IMG/VR virus record: IMGVR_UViG_3300036846_001227
Span: 1-56,993 of that record
DNA length: 56,993 nucleotides
Strand: one strand, 5' to 3'
From: a virus
Lineage: Duplodnaviria > Caudoviricetes
A program made the translations under genes and the position numbers. Shown here in pieces: positions 17,144 to 25,766 of this stretch; position 1 is the first letter of the stretch, and the number at the start of each line of letters is the position of its first letter. Below the pieces are notes generated by a model. It ran no database searches, was not told the DNA's origin, and saw only the letters and a program-made list of their open reading frames with translations.

Positions 17144-17811
17144 TGGGATGCCTTGATGGCGGCAAGGGTCTTCTCGGCTTCGACGATGGCGGAGCCTACT
17201 TTGATGAAGGCCTCCTTGTAGTTCTTGTCGATGCGGTCGAGATCGGTCTTGAGGTTGATGAGATCGCGTTCGAGGCGGTCGATGCGAGGGTCGGCCCGAA
17301 GAGGTCCGTAGGCGGCCTCGCGCATGGCGGCGACAGTGGCCCATGGGATGTTGAGTTCCTGGCCGATGCGCTGGTCGGTGTAGCCCTCGATGTAGCGGCC
17401 CGCCTCATCATCAAACTGTGTGTCGAGGAGCCGCCGGACACCGGCTTTCTCGGCTGTAGTGAGCGGTCGGGGGGTTGTTGTTGTTGTCATGAGGGGGGTG
17501 ATGGTTGCCATTGGCTTCTCCTCCACGGTTGTGACGCTGGCTACCTGTGTAGTGGGCTTCTTCTTACATTCGGGGCAGATGCAGGAGCGGGGCTTGTAGG
17601 GGTCGAAGTCCCAGCCGAGGTCGTGGAAGTGGTGGGCGATCTTGCCGGGGTGTTCTTCCTTGGGGCAGGTGAAGTGACTGTCCTTGCCGCACTTGCTGCA
17701 CTGGGTGTCGATGAAGTGGTGGTATGCGCCATCCTTGAAGACGCGCTCGATGGTGTAGGACGAGGGGCGGCGGCGTGGGGTAGAGGCGTTGCGTCCGGGG
17801 CTGCCTTTCAT
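17140..17811 (-). CDS. Zinc-finger and coiled-coil hypothetical protein
   Basis: CSKC...CPEC pairs, an HTH-like middle region and a C-terminal heptad pattern. Confidence 0.75.
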   Translation of the reverse strand: MKGSPGRNASTPRRRPSSYTIERVFKDGAYHHFIDTQCSKCGKDSHFTCPKEEHPGKIAHHFHDLGWDFDPYKPRSCICPECKKKPTTQVASVTTVEEKPMATITPLMTTTTTPRPLTTAEKAGVRRLLDTQFDDEAGRYIEGYTDQRIGQELNIPWATVAAMREAAYGPLRADPRIDRLERDLINLKTDLDRIDKNYKEAFIKVGSAIVEAEKTLAAIKASQ

Positions 17812-18044
17812 CTCTTGCCTCCACTGTTGAGACGGAGGTAGGCGCGGCCTGCTGTGGTAGGCTTATACATCCCGTAGCCGGGTGCCCTGCCGCCGTCGCT
17901 GCCAAAGCCGGTGTTCTCGATGAGGCCGGCCTTGTGCAGGGCGATGAACTCCGACGAGTGGGGGTAGTCCCACCGGATCGCCCGGTGGGGACTGCTTCCC
18001 CACAGCATCAAGAAGAGGTCGACAGCAGCATTGGGGAGGTCCAT
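17808..18044 (-). CDS. Hypothetical protein (winged-helix-like)
   Basis: LHKAGLIE...PTTAGRAYL pattern; AGGAG RBS. Confidence 0.6.
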   Translation of the reverse strand: MDLPNAAVDLFLMLWGSSPHRAIRWDYPHSSEFIALHKAGLIENTGFGSDGGRAPGYGMYKPTTAGRAYLRLNSGGKR

Positions 18045-18047
18045 GAG

Positions 18048-19268
18048 CTAGTCTCCTAGCTGGACGTTCTCCCCCCACGGGGCTTCGCTGCCGCGCTCGC
18101 CGCTGAGCCAGAGGACTGGATAGGGCTGGGGGTCGCCGAAGTCGGCCCTGCTCATCTCCATGTCGGAGAGGACGATGGCACAGCGCGGCTGGTAGTTGCC
18201 GTCGTGGACCGCTTGCCAGATGGGCCGCATCGAGGTGCCGCCGTAACCACGGACGGGAACTTCCTGGGGCAGCTCGTCGTCGGGGGAGTATTCGGTGACG
18301 TTGTGGACCTTGGTGTCGCACTGGATGAAGATCGTGCGCTCCGGCTTGACCTCCGAGAGGATGAGAGAGAGGAAGCCGAGGAAGCGGGGGACGAGGTCCC
18401 GGCATGAGCCGCTGGTGTCGATGCCGATGACGATCTCACCGATGCCCTGGCTGTGGAGAGAGGGCAGGATGAGGTTGCTGTGGATGCTGCGGCGGTTGGG
18501 CCGGGACCAGCTGTAGTCGTCCTTGCGGCACATGCTGACGTAGTAGCGGATCAGGTCCCACGGGTTGAGGCGGGGCTTGACCGGCCGCACCAGGTGCTCG
18601 TAGGAGCCGGGCAGGTGGCCCTGGCTCTTGGCGATCTCGGCGGCCTGGCGGGCAATGATGGTCCACTTGCGTTCGAGGTCTTCGAGGATGGCGCGCTTCT
18701 CTTGGGGGGTGGCGGCACCCGAAGTGGGGTCGGTCGGGTCGTGGATGTCGCCGTCGAGGCCGCAGGGGGGAAGCTTGGGTGGGTTGGTCTTGTTCTCCTC
18801 GTAGAGTTGCTCTGCGGCCTTGCCCTTGTTTTGAGGGTTATGGAAGATGGCGTTGGCCTCCGGCGAACCGTGGTCAGGAGGCTCGAACCCGTGGAAGATC
18901 AACTCCGGGTCGATCCGTTGGTCGCAGGCGATGTTCCAGCCGAGGGGATCGCGGGAGCCGCGACGCCAGCCGTCGCCCTTGGTGCAGTGCGAGGTTTCGT
19001 GGGCGATGGTGGCGATGAGTTGGCTGTCGCTGACCTGCGCCTTGTCGCAGTAGACCAGCGGGTCGTAGATGATGTAGGTGCCGTCGGTGCCGATGTTGCC
19101 GGCGACCATCTGTGCGAGGTGGGGGACGGGCTTGAGTTGGAGGTGGAGGGCCGCCGTCGCCCAGAAGGCGAAGGTGCATTTCCCGTTGGCGTCGTGGGTG
19201 GTGAGCATGTGGGACCGAGCGCGACGGATGCGGCGGTCGGCGACGGCAATGGCTTCATCGAGGTTCAT
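18048..19268 (-). CDS. Metallopeptidase-like + VWA domain protein (DUF2201-like)
   Basis: TDG, HETSH, WNIACD..I, YSWSRPNRR, IDTSGS, GGT and SD (MIDAS) motifs. Confidence 0.88.
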   Translation of the reverse strand: MNLDEAIAVADRRIRRARSHMLTTHDANGKCTFAFWATAALHLQLKPVPHLAQMVAGNIGTDGTYIIYDPLVYCDKAQVSDSQLIATIAHETSHCTKGDGWRRGSRDPLGWNIACDQRIDPELIFHGFEPPDHGSPEANAIFHNPQNKGKAAEQLYEENKTNPPKLPPCGLDGDIHDPTDPTSGAATPQEKRAILEDLERKWTIIARQAAEIAKSQGHLPGSYEHLVRPVKPRLNPWDLIRYYVSMCRKDDYSWSRPNRRSIHSNLILPSLHSQGIGEIVIGIDTSGSCRDLVPRFLGFLSLILSEVKPERTIFIQCDTKVHNVTEYSPDDELPQEVPVRGYGGTSMRPIWQAVHDGNYQPRCAIVLSDMEMSRADFGDPQPYPVLWLSGERGSEAPWGENVQLGD

Positions 19269-19281
19269 CGAAGGGTTCCTT

Positions 19282-19310
19282 CTGCACAAAACCAGCAGCA
19301 ATCGCAGTAT
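19282..19310. repeat. Intergenic motif A copy (29 bp)
   Basis: CTGCACAAAACCAGCAGCAATCGCAGTAT, identical to the core of the 26951 and 9531 copies. Confidence 0.9.
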
Positions 19311-19364
19311 GTTAGGCCGCGCGGCGAAGGTCGATGTGACACTTTGCCGCGCGGCATTTTGTCG

Positions 19365-19529
19365 CTAGTTGCAGACGGTGGTGTTGCCGACGCGTTGGCA
19401 TGTCTGCCGCTGGCCGGTCATAGCGTCCGTGCAGATCGTCGTGTTACCAACCCGCTGGCAGACCCACGTCGCCTTGGCTGGAGTGGTGTAGACGACGGCG
19501 AGCAGTGCGATCGTGAGGTAGTACTTCAT
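19365..19529 (-). CDS. Small secreted Cys-repeat peptide
   Basis: Signal peptide ending AKA; mature part has CQRVGNTTxC twice. Confidence 0.7.
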   Translation of the reverse strand: MKYYLTIALLAVVYTTPAKATWVCQRVGNTTICTDAMTGQRQTCQRVGNTTVCN

Positions 19530-19531
19530 GT

Positions 19532-20083
19532 CTAGCGAACTCCCTGTGTCAGCATGGTGTAAAGGGCGAGGGTGGCTTCGAGCGGGAAGGCCGGGCAGGG
19601 ATAAAGGCCCGCCTTCCACTTCTCGTCGAGGAGGTCGTAGGCCTCCGGCCAAGAGGTCTTCAGGGCCTCTACCGTGCGGATGGAGGCAAGGGTGACTGTC
19701 AGCTTGCGGTCCAGTTCCTCCAGGTCGGCGTGGTGCTTCTGGATGACGGCGGTGTGAGACTGGATTTTGTCCAAGAGGCTCTCGCTGACAGGCAGCTTGC
19801 CGTGAACGAGCGAGGGGAGGCGCGTCGGCTCCTTCAAGCGGAGGGTCAGCCAGTAGGGGAGTTCCACGTAGATGTGGCCGATGGTGGGCAGCCAACCATC
19901 GGGGACGGCAGCGAACCGCTCCTGCCAGTCGGAGCCGAAGTTCTCGGCCAGGACGGCACGGGCCAGGGCGTCCTCGGTGTCCATGATGGGGGTCCAGGCT
20001 TCGCGGCGGGCCTTGCCGACAAGTGTTAGGCGGAGGTCCTTACGGGCCGCGCCTGTAAGAGGCGTCTTGCGGGTCTTTTCCAT
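19532..20083 (-). CDS. Nmad5-like (nucleotide-modification-associated domain 5) protein
   Basis: C-terminal IRTVEALKTSWPEA resembles the Nmad5 signature; size fits. Confidence 0.5.
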   Translation of the reverse strand: MEKTRKTPLTGAARKDLRLTLVGKARREAWTPIMDTEDALARAVLAENFGSDWQERFAAVPDGWLPTIGHIYVELPYWLTLRLKEPTRLPSLVHGKLPVSESLLDKIQSHTAVIQKHHADLEELDRKLTVTLASIRTVEALKTSWPEAYDLLDEKWKAGLYPCPAFPLEATLALYTMLTQGVR

Positions 20084-20089
20084 GTCTGG

Positions 20090-20974
20090 CTACTCCTGTG
20101 GGTTGAGGACAGAGCGGAGCTGGTCGAGGAGGTCGACCGCCTCGTCTTTCACTTGCTCGCGAAGGTAGTCGTCCTTCTTGAGGTCGTCGGGCGTGTAGCC
20201 GCAGAGCTTGGTGGAGAGGGCAACACGCATGGCTTCGAGGGCCGGGTCCTTGGTGACGTTTAGACGACTCAGGCGGTCGGTCAGTTCGGAGAGGTTGCCG
20301 ATCAGGCTGTCGTGGATACGGCCCTTGATCACTTTGCCGTCGGCGTCCTTCTCGTACTCCGAGAGGCGGTCGACGATGCGAGTGACGGCATCGGTCATCT
20401 CCTGCCACATGAAGCTCTGCATGCGGAGGATGTCGGCGTTGTTCTGCTCGACGAGGGAGAGGCGGATCGCCTCGGCCTCGTCCTCGGCCACGCCGGCACG
20501 GAAGTCCTCGGCATCGGGCACCGGGAACATCTCCACGTTGACGCTGAAGCGGGCCTGGACCTGTTCGCGGGTCGGGTAGTCGAACTCGCGAGCCAGGTCG
20601 CCCAGGGCGCGCTGGCCGTTGGCGACATGCTGGGACCAACGCAGGGTCAGGGCGTTGACGGCGGCCTCGAACTCCATCCGGCGGATGCGCCAGCCCTCGG
20701 TGAAGGGGAAGAAGTTCTCGACCGGGAGGAGGCCGACGCCATCCCAGCGCCACGGCAGGGTTTCCTGCCGGACAAAGGAACGGAGGCCGTTGGCCACCGT
20801 GTGGATGGGGTCGATGGCCGCCTTGGCGATCAGGTACTTGGTGGTCTTGACCTGATGACGGTCGGCCTTGTGCCGCTCGGCAGTGTCTTTTGACGCGGCC
20901 CGGTCGAGGACCTCACCTCGCCAGACACTGATCGAGGGGCGAACCAACATGGCGCGTTCGGTGAGCAACGACAT
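20090..20974 (-). CDS. DUF3150-like protein
   Basis: TLPW...GxxLLP and DYPT..V..RF motifs; adjacent to MoxR and VWA genes. Confidence 0.6.
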   Translation of the reverse strand: MSLLTERAMLVRPSISVWRGEVLDRAASKDTAERHKADRHQVKTTKYLIAKAAIDPIHTVANGLRSFVRQETLPWRWDGVGLLPVENFFPFTEGWRIRRMEFEAAVNALTLRWSQHVANGQRALGDLAREFDYPTREQVQARFSVNVEMFPVPDAEDFRAGVAEDEAEAIRLSLVEQNNADILRMQSFMWQEMTDAVTRIVDRLSEYEKDADGKVIKGRIHDSLIGNLSELTDRLSRLNVTKDPALEAMRVALSTKLCGYTPDDLKKDDYLREQVKDEAVDLLDQLRSVLNPQE

Positions 20975-20997
20975 GGCTACCTTCCTTTCTTCACTGG

Positions 20998-22032
20998 TTA
21001 GGACAGGAGGTCCTGGAACTTGGCGCAGAACCGGATGAAGGCACCGCTCTTCTGGAGCCGCTGGTAGCGGTTCTGTTCGAGGGGCGGCAGGGCCTTGAGA
21101 CGGGCGGCATCGACGGCGAGAGCGGACCTAACCGTGTAGACCGCGAACTCCGGCTCCACCCGGTCCAGGTAGCGGACGATGCGGTCGAAGTTGTTGTTGG
21201 TGGCGGCGGAGGAGAGGGCGGTGGTCACGACGTAGAGCGCGCCGGGGTTGGTGGGGACACGGGCCGTGTCGGGATTGGCGAGGATTTGGGCGACCGAGAC
21301 AAGCTCGGCGGCCATGCTGGCGAAGGCGACGAACTCGGTGGCGGGGCCTTCGCCCACCCATCCCTTGATGGCTTCAAAGGGAGGGATGGCGGGGGCGTAG
21401 GCGTTGCAGACCTTGGACAGTTCGTCCCAGGTGCGGGGGCAGGCAAAGGGGCCGGGAACCTCGGGCTTGAAGTTGACGAAGTTCATCGGAGCGTGCTGCA
21501 TGAAGGCGCGGACCAGGACAGAGCCGCCGGTCGCCGCCATGTGCTGGGTCCAGCCGTCGCGGTCAGGCTCGAACTCCAGCCAGCCCATCTTGGAGACGAG
21601 GGGCTTGGGCATCTGCTGGACGGCGGCCCGGTCCTCGGCGCGGTTGCCGGTGGCGACGATCATCCAGTCGGCACCGATGTTGTCGCGCTCGTAGACCGTG
21701 CGATAGGCCGCCGCCTGCGTTAGGGGCGGGGCGGTGGGCAAGTCATCGAAGAGGATGATGCCCGCGCCGGTCTGGGGTACCAGATCGCTGAAGCTGATGC
21801 GCCGGGCCTCACCGTCAATGATGGCAGGGAGGCCGCCGAAGTCGAGCGGGTCCACCACCGTCATCTGGATGGCGCGGAACTGGAAGTCGTGGATGGTTTC
21901 GCGGATCACGTCGCTAGCGGCCCGGACACAGGCCGACTTGCCGATGCCGGGGGGGCCGGAGAGGTAGGTGGTCTGGCGGAGGCCAGCCATGTAGAGCTTG
22001 GTGATGTGATCGACTACCTGGTTGAAGATCAT
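20998..22032 (-). CDS. MoxR-like AAA+ ATPase
   Basis: GPPGIGKS, D..GLP, ILFDD, ATGNR..DRA and CPRTW motifs. Confidence 0.88.
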   Translation of the reverse strand: MIFNQVVDHITKLYMAGLRQTTYLSGPPGIGKSACVRAASDVIRETIHDFQFRAIQMTVVDPLDFGGLPAIIDGEARRISFSDLVPQTGAGIILFDDLPTAPPLTQAAAYRTVYERDNIGADWMIVATGNRAEDRAAVQQMPKPLVSKMGWLEFEPDRDGWTQHMAATGGSVLVRAFMQHAPMNFVNFKPEVPGPFACPRTWDELSKVCNAYAPAIPPFEAIKGWVGEGPATEFVAFASMAAELVSVAQILANPDTARVPTNPGALYVVTTALSSAATNNNFDRIVRYLDRVEPEFAVYTVRSALAVDAARLKALPPLEQNRYQRLQKSGAFIRFCAKFQDLLS

Positions 22033-22203
22033 GGTGTTTTTCCTTCTCTGCGAGTGATTGGTAGTTTACTTGGTTACTTGGGATTTTGAACATGCGGCAA
22101 ATCGTCGCAGGCTGAAGTTTTCCGGCTACGGGTGGAGGGGAGCTAGCGGACTAGGCTGAGCGTCCCACATGAGTTAGGGTGGGTAGAACAGGAGGAGGAC
22201 AAC

Positions 22204-22278
22204 ATGGCGCGTCGTCGCAAGGTTCTGGTCCCAGCGTCACGCAAGGCCGCGCGTGCTCGCCGCCGTGGCCGCCGCTAG
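22204..22278 (+). CDS. 24-aa Arg-rich micropeptide MARRRKVLVPASRKAARARRRGRR
   Basis: AGGAGGAGG RBS about 5 nt before ATG; antisense to the early operon; below the ORF-track cutoff. Confidence 0.55.
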   Translation: MARRRKVLVPASRKAARARRRGRR

Positions 22279-22566
22279 CCGGCGAGCATAGCGCAGGGCC
22301 ACGATGTGGCCGCGCTCGGCCTGTTCCCAGGTCGAATAGCGGCGACAGATGAGGTCGTGGGCATCATCGTCGGCGAACACCATCGTCTCGAACAGGAGCG
22401 GCGGCCCCCTGCCCCAACTGTGGTCGAGGCCGAGAAAGACGGTGCTGACGTAGATGGGGCCGACATAATCGCAGGCGACATGCCGGTCCGCCGTCTCAAA
22501 CCAGCGCGCCCATGTCATCAGGTCGGTGGGCACCGGGTTGCGGCCGTCCAACACGTAGTGGCTCAT
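22237..22566 (-). CDS. Conserved phage hypothetical protein
   Basis: VSTVFLGLDH...PLLFETMVF...RYSTWEQA..GH motif; GAGGAG RBS. Confidence 0.8.
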   Translation of the reverse strand: MSHYVLDGRNPVPTDLMTWARWFETADRHVACDYVGPIYVSTVFLGLDHSWGRGPPLLFETMVFADDDAHDLICRRYSTWEQAERGHIVALRYARRLAAATAASTRGLA

Positions 22567-22571
22567 CAGGC

Positions 22572-22769
22572 TTAGCTCCTCTTGGTGGTCAGGTGCCATG
22601 CGCCGCACCAGCAACGGTAGGCGTGCTGGAGGGGAGCGTGGAACTTGCGGTGGATGTAGGCAGCGTGCTCCTCCGCCTCTTCGCGGTTGTTGTAGGGCTT
22701 CTTGAGGCAGGCACTGTCTCGGGAGGACAGGTGCTGGCGAAGGCGCTTGAGGGCGTCGTACATGCTCAT
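22572..22769 (-). CDS. Small Zn-binding hypothetical protein
   Basis: C.KKPY...AYRCWCGAWHLT. Confidence 0.7.
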   Translation of the reverse strand: MSMYDALKRLRQHLSSRDSACLKKPYNNREEAEEHAAYIHRKFHAPLQHAYRCWCGAWHLTTKRS

Positions 22770-22960
22770 GGGTGCCATCCGGGGGCAACATGCGCGACCC
22801 AGCCGAGCACTTGGTCGAAGTAGCGGCCCAGGGCGAAGCCCACGCCCACGCAGGCGAGCATGGCGAGCGCAAGCATGGTCAGGCGCAACCACGAGCGCCG
22901 CAGGCGCGAGTGGGCGAGGGGAGCGATGCTCCCCAAGCCCGGTATGTGGTCTAGACTCAT
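22766..22960 (-). CDS. Small membrane protein
   Basis: One TM segment; ATGA-coupled on both sides; its 3' end contains a copy of the 24-bp repeat. Confidence 0.55.
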   Translation of the reverse strand: MSLDHIPGLGSIAPLAHSRLRRSWLRLTMLALAMLACVGVGFALGRYFDQVLGWVAHVAPGWHP

Positions 22961-23136
22961 GAGTGGGTGTGGCCGTCGTATTCGATGCCGATCCACATGC
23001 CGCACCACGGGATCATGACGCAGCCCACCATGTGGCTGTAGGCGGCGCGGCGGCGGAAGGCGAGGTAGCTGGCAGCCCCATCGGGGCTGCGCTGGTAGAG
23101 GGCCAGTAGGGCTTGCTGTTGGGCCTTGGTGAACAT
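22957..23136 (-). CDS. Small conserved phage protein
   Basis: 59 aa, MFTKAQQQAL...CVMIPWCGMWIGIEYDGHTHS; AGGAG RBS; not in the ORF track. Confidence 0.7.
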   Translation of the reverse strand: MFTKAQQQALLALYQRSPDGAASYLAFRRRAAYSHMVGCVMIPWCGMWIGIEYDGHTHS

Positions 23137-23392
23137 GGCTCAGGACTCCTATTCGTCGTGATAGCGGAACGTGACCCAACAGGGGATGCGGTCCCTGATG
23201 ATAAATTGCGGCATTAGGCTCTCCCTTGCTTGCGTCGTTGCAGACGATACTCCGACATGACCCAGAGGCATGGCGGTACGAGGACGGGCAATCCCCACGA
23301 GGGCCGTAGGCCCGAGTGGAGGATCAGGAGGTTGCCGGTCCGGAGGTAATGGGCGGCGGCGCAGTGGAGTACCCACATGGTGCGTCCCATGG

Positions 23393-23623
23393 CTAGGCCC
23401 GGGTGCGGATGCGGGAGGCGGGGATGCCGGTGCGGACGAAGTACGTCCAGGTGGCGTAGCGGTCGCCGGCCTTGGCATCGTCGCAGCGCATGACGATGCG
23501 GGCGCGTTGGGCGAGGCTCATCGTGTCGCAGCCCCTGGTGTCGGCGTACAGGTTGCAGAGGTTGTCTATGTCCTCTGAAGCATTGTTCTGGATGTCCTGG
23601 AGTACCTGTGTAGCGATCTTCAT
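23393..23623 (-). CDS. Hypothetical protein (first gene of the leftward arm)
   Basis: AGGAAG upstream of ATG 23623. Confidence 0.65.
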   Translation of the reverse strand: MKIATQVLQDIQNNASEDIDNLCNLYADTRGCDTMSLAQRARIVMRCDDAKAGDRYATWTYFVRTGIPASRIRTRA

Positions 23624-23832
23624 GGCCTGACTTCCTGTGTGGTAGGTTGTTACTTGGTAGGCGAACGCCAATATTGGGCGCTTTGCCTGGAAACTTGTCG
23701 ATGCGACAAATCGACGCAGCAAAAGCCCAATGTTTTCAACGGCTTAGCGCTGAATGATACGAAACGGCGGCGTTCCGTTAGCAGGCTCGCCAGCCAACAT
23801 TTGCCGAGGGCCGCCAGGGACTGGACTCAGCC

Positions 23833-24142
23833 GGGGGCAACATGCGCGACCCACCCGTGGCTGGGAGGGCTTGACAGATGGGGATCTGACCAGGTACTCA
23901 CCTCCAGTGAGGTGAGTACCTGGTGGGGGGCAACATGCGCGACCCACCCGTGGCTGGCGGCTGTGGCGAAGTGGGAACGCGGCCGGTTGTGGTCCGGTCA
24001 GGAGCGGGTTCGCCCCACGTGGGGGCAACATGCGCGACCCACCCCCACAGATCAGCGACCGCGAGCGCCCAACACGGGCGCGAGCGGGGGCAACATGCGC
24101 GACCCACCCCCACCCCACCCATGGGATTGGGGTGGGTCGCGC
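23833..24142. repeat. Array of 24-bp direct repeats GGGGGCAACATGCGCGACCCACCC
   Basis: Exact copies at 23833, 23926, 24021 and 24086; inverted partial copy at 24129-24142; 1-mismatch copy at 22781-22804. Confidence 0.95.
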
Positions 24143-24346
24143 CCCACATGCGAGGCGAAAACCTGGCTATGTGGCAGGATGTCGCACCTGTCGATTGTCC
24201 AAGCCGTTGAAGTTGCTGGCCGATCTGGCGAATGGAACGCGACGGGAGCGTTTATTCGGGGCGGTTTTTGGCGAGGTTGTGGTTGACTGATTTCGCCAAA
24301 GGGCATTCCGCCCCAAGGCAAACCCCAGAAGGGAACACAGGTCGCC

Positions 24347-24553
24347 ATGATTACCCCGAAATGCGAAGGCAATACCCTCACCCTCGTGGTTGCGCTGAAC
24401 GTCAAGCCGACGGCGAGCCAGTCGGGCAAGTCGCGGATCGTCGCCAAGACCGGGCCGTTCGTGGAGATTTCCACGCCGTTCGGCATGGTCAAGTACAACC
24501 TGAACGTCATCACGACGGACGAGAACTACGGGAAGGCGCCCGCCAAGGCGTAA
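24347..24553 (+). CDS. Small basic protein, possible nucleic-acid binder
   Basis: SQSGKSRIVAKTG...NLNV pattern; followed by a terminator. Confidence 0.7.
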   Translation: MITPKCEGNTLTLVVALNVKPTASQSGKSRIVAKTGPFVEISTPFGMVKYNLNVITTDENYGKAPAKA

Positions 24554-24575
24554 GACCCCACGATCCCCCAGAACT

Positions 24576-24602
24576 GGCCCGCCGTGTGCGGGCCTTTTCT
24601 TT
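24576..24602 (+). terminator. Rho-independent terminator
   Basis: GGCCCGC-CGTGT-GCGGGCC followed by TTTTCTTT. Confidence 0.8.
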
Positions 24603-25292
24603 GGCCGCAGTGAAACGCTACAGTGGCGTTGCGTTGGGCCGATCGTGGAAAACGGTACGGCCCTGGATACCTACCAAGGCGCTAGGAGGGCTGTCAGACA
24701 TGCGAGAGGGCCAGTTGGCTAGTGCGGGAGCCCAACATAGACCCAAGGCGGTCCCACAGCCGCCGGAAGCGGTTACAGACATGGTCTGCGAGATTGGGGA
24801 TGCTGTGGCAGCTGTGGTTGTAGGGTCGGCAACCCGTCTTATGACCTACCATAAACCTGTTGGTAACCCGGCCATCGGTAACCCACATGGTGCCATTCCC
24901 AAGGGACCGTCACATGGTGCCGCTGGTATCGCTGGGCTGCGTGCTGACATAGGCGACGGTAGCCTATCCATTCGTGACCTAGAGCGCATGACGATACGGC
25001 AGCTACAGGATCGCTATAGGGTCTGCCACAGCTACGCTGTGACCATGCGGCGTCATGTGCTGGCCTATGGTCTAGGGGGACGGTGTAGGCTCCCCGGGGG
25101 GAGACCTCGGGACGTCCCCCTCCCTAGGCTAGGGAAGGTGACTGATCCGCGCGCGTAGCGCGCTCGCACATGCGTTGGGTCGGTGATGGTGGATGATAAG
25201 TGTCCGCAACCCACCCATTCCCCGGGTGTTTTTTTGCGACCCCCGCTCGCCTCCCCAGCCAACAGTTGTCTCTAGTTGATCGCACTAGGTCG

Positions 25293-25321
25293 TTGACTTC
25301 GGACCTTCTTTTGTCCATGAT
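25293..25321 (+). promoter_or_regulatory. Possible promoter for the rightward (late) arm
   Basis: TTGACT-17 bp-CATGAT in a locally AT-rich patch upstream of 25381. Confidence 0.4.
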
Positions 25322-25380
25322 ATGATCGCTTTGCTCGATTGGCGAACCTCGTCAATCCCTTGAAGCGAAAGGATCATTTC

Positions 25381-25698
25381 ATGGCTGACGTACCTGGGTG
25401 GCTCCAGTCCATCATCGACCAGGTGACCGCCGCCCCCACCAACGCGAAGGTCGAGACGCTCCTCCAGCTTGTCGACAACGAGATGCAGCACGGCCTCGGA
25501 TTGACTGCTCCGGCCGCAGTGACATCCGGCCTCCTTGTCGCTGCCGCCGCCGTCGCTACTGCCATCGCCGCGACCCCTCCGGCCGGCGGCGCAACAGGCG
25601 CAACTGGAGCGACCGGGGCCACTGGTGGGACGGGAGGCTCGACAGGTTCCACCGGGGCGACCGGCACCACTACCACATCCTCTCGCTCCACTTCTTGA
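25381..25698 (+). CDS. Small protein with GAT/GST collagen-like tail
   Basis: AAGGA RBS; [26 protein letters not shown]. Confidence 0.7.
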   Translation: MADVPGWLQSIIDQVTAAPTNAKVETLLQLVDNEMQHGLGLTAPAAVTSGLLVAAAAVATAIAATPPAGGATGATGATGATGGTGGSTGSTGATGTTTTSSRSTS

Positions 25699-25766
25699 GG
25701 CCGCTTCGCTGGCCGGCGTGTCACCACTCCCGGCCAGCTCCTCTACACTGCTAACAGGAGAGTGCC

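Noticed and set aside
23833-24109. CRISPR array
   Set aside because: Spacers are uneven (69/71/41 nt) and structured, and there is no cas operon or leader; kept as a non-CRISPR array.
23639-25158. ORFs 23639-24286 (repeating GATCATHP) and full-length 24232-25158
   Set aside because: The first is a translation of the DNA repeats; the second overlaps a better gene and its terminator.
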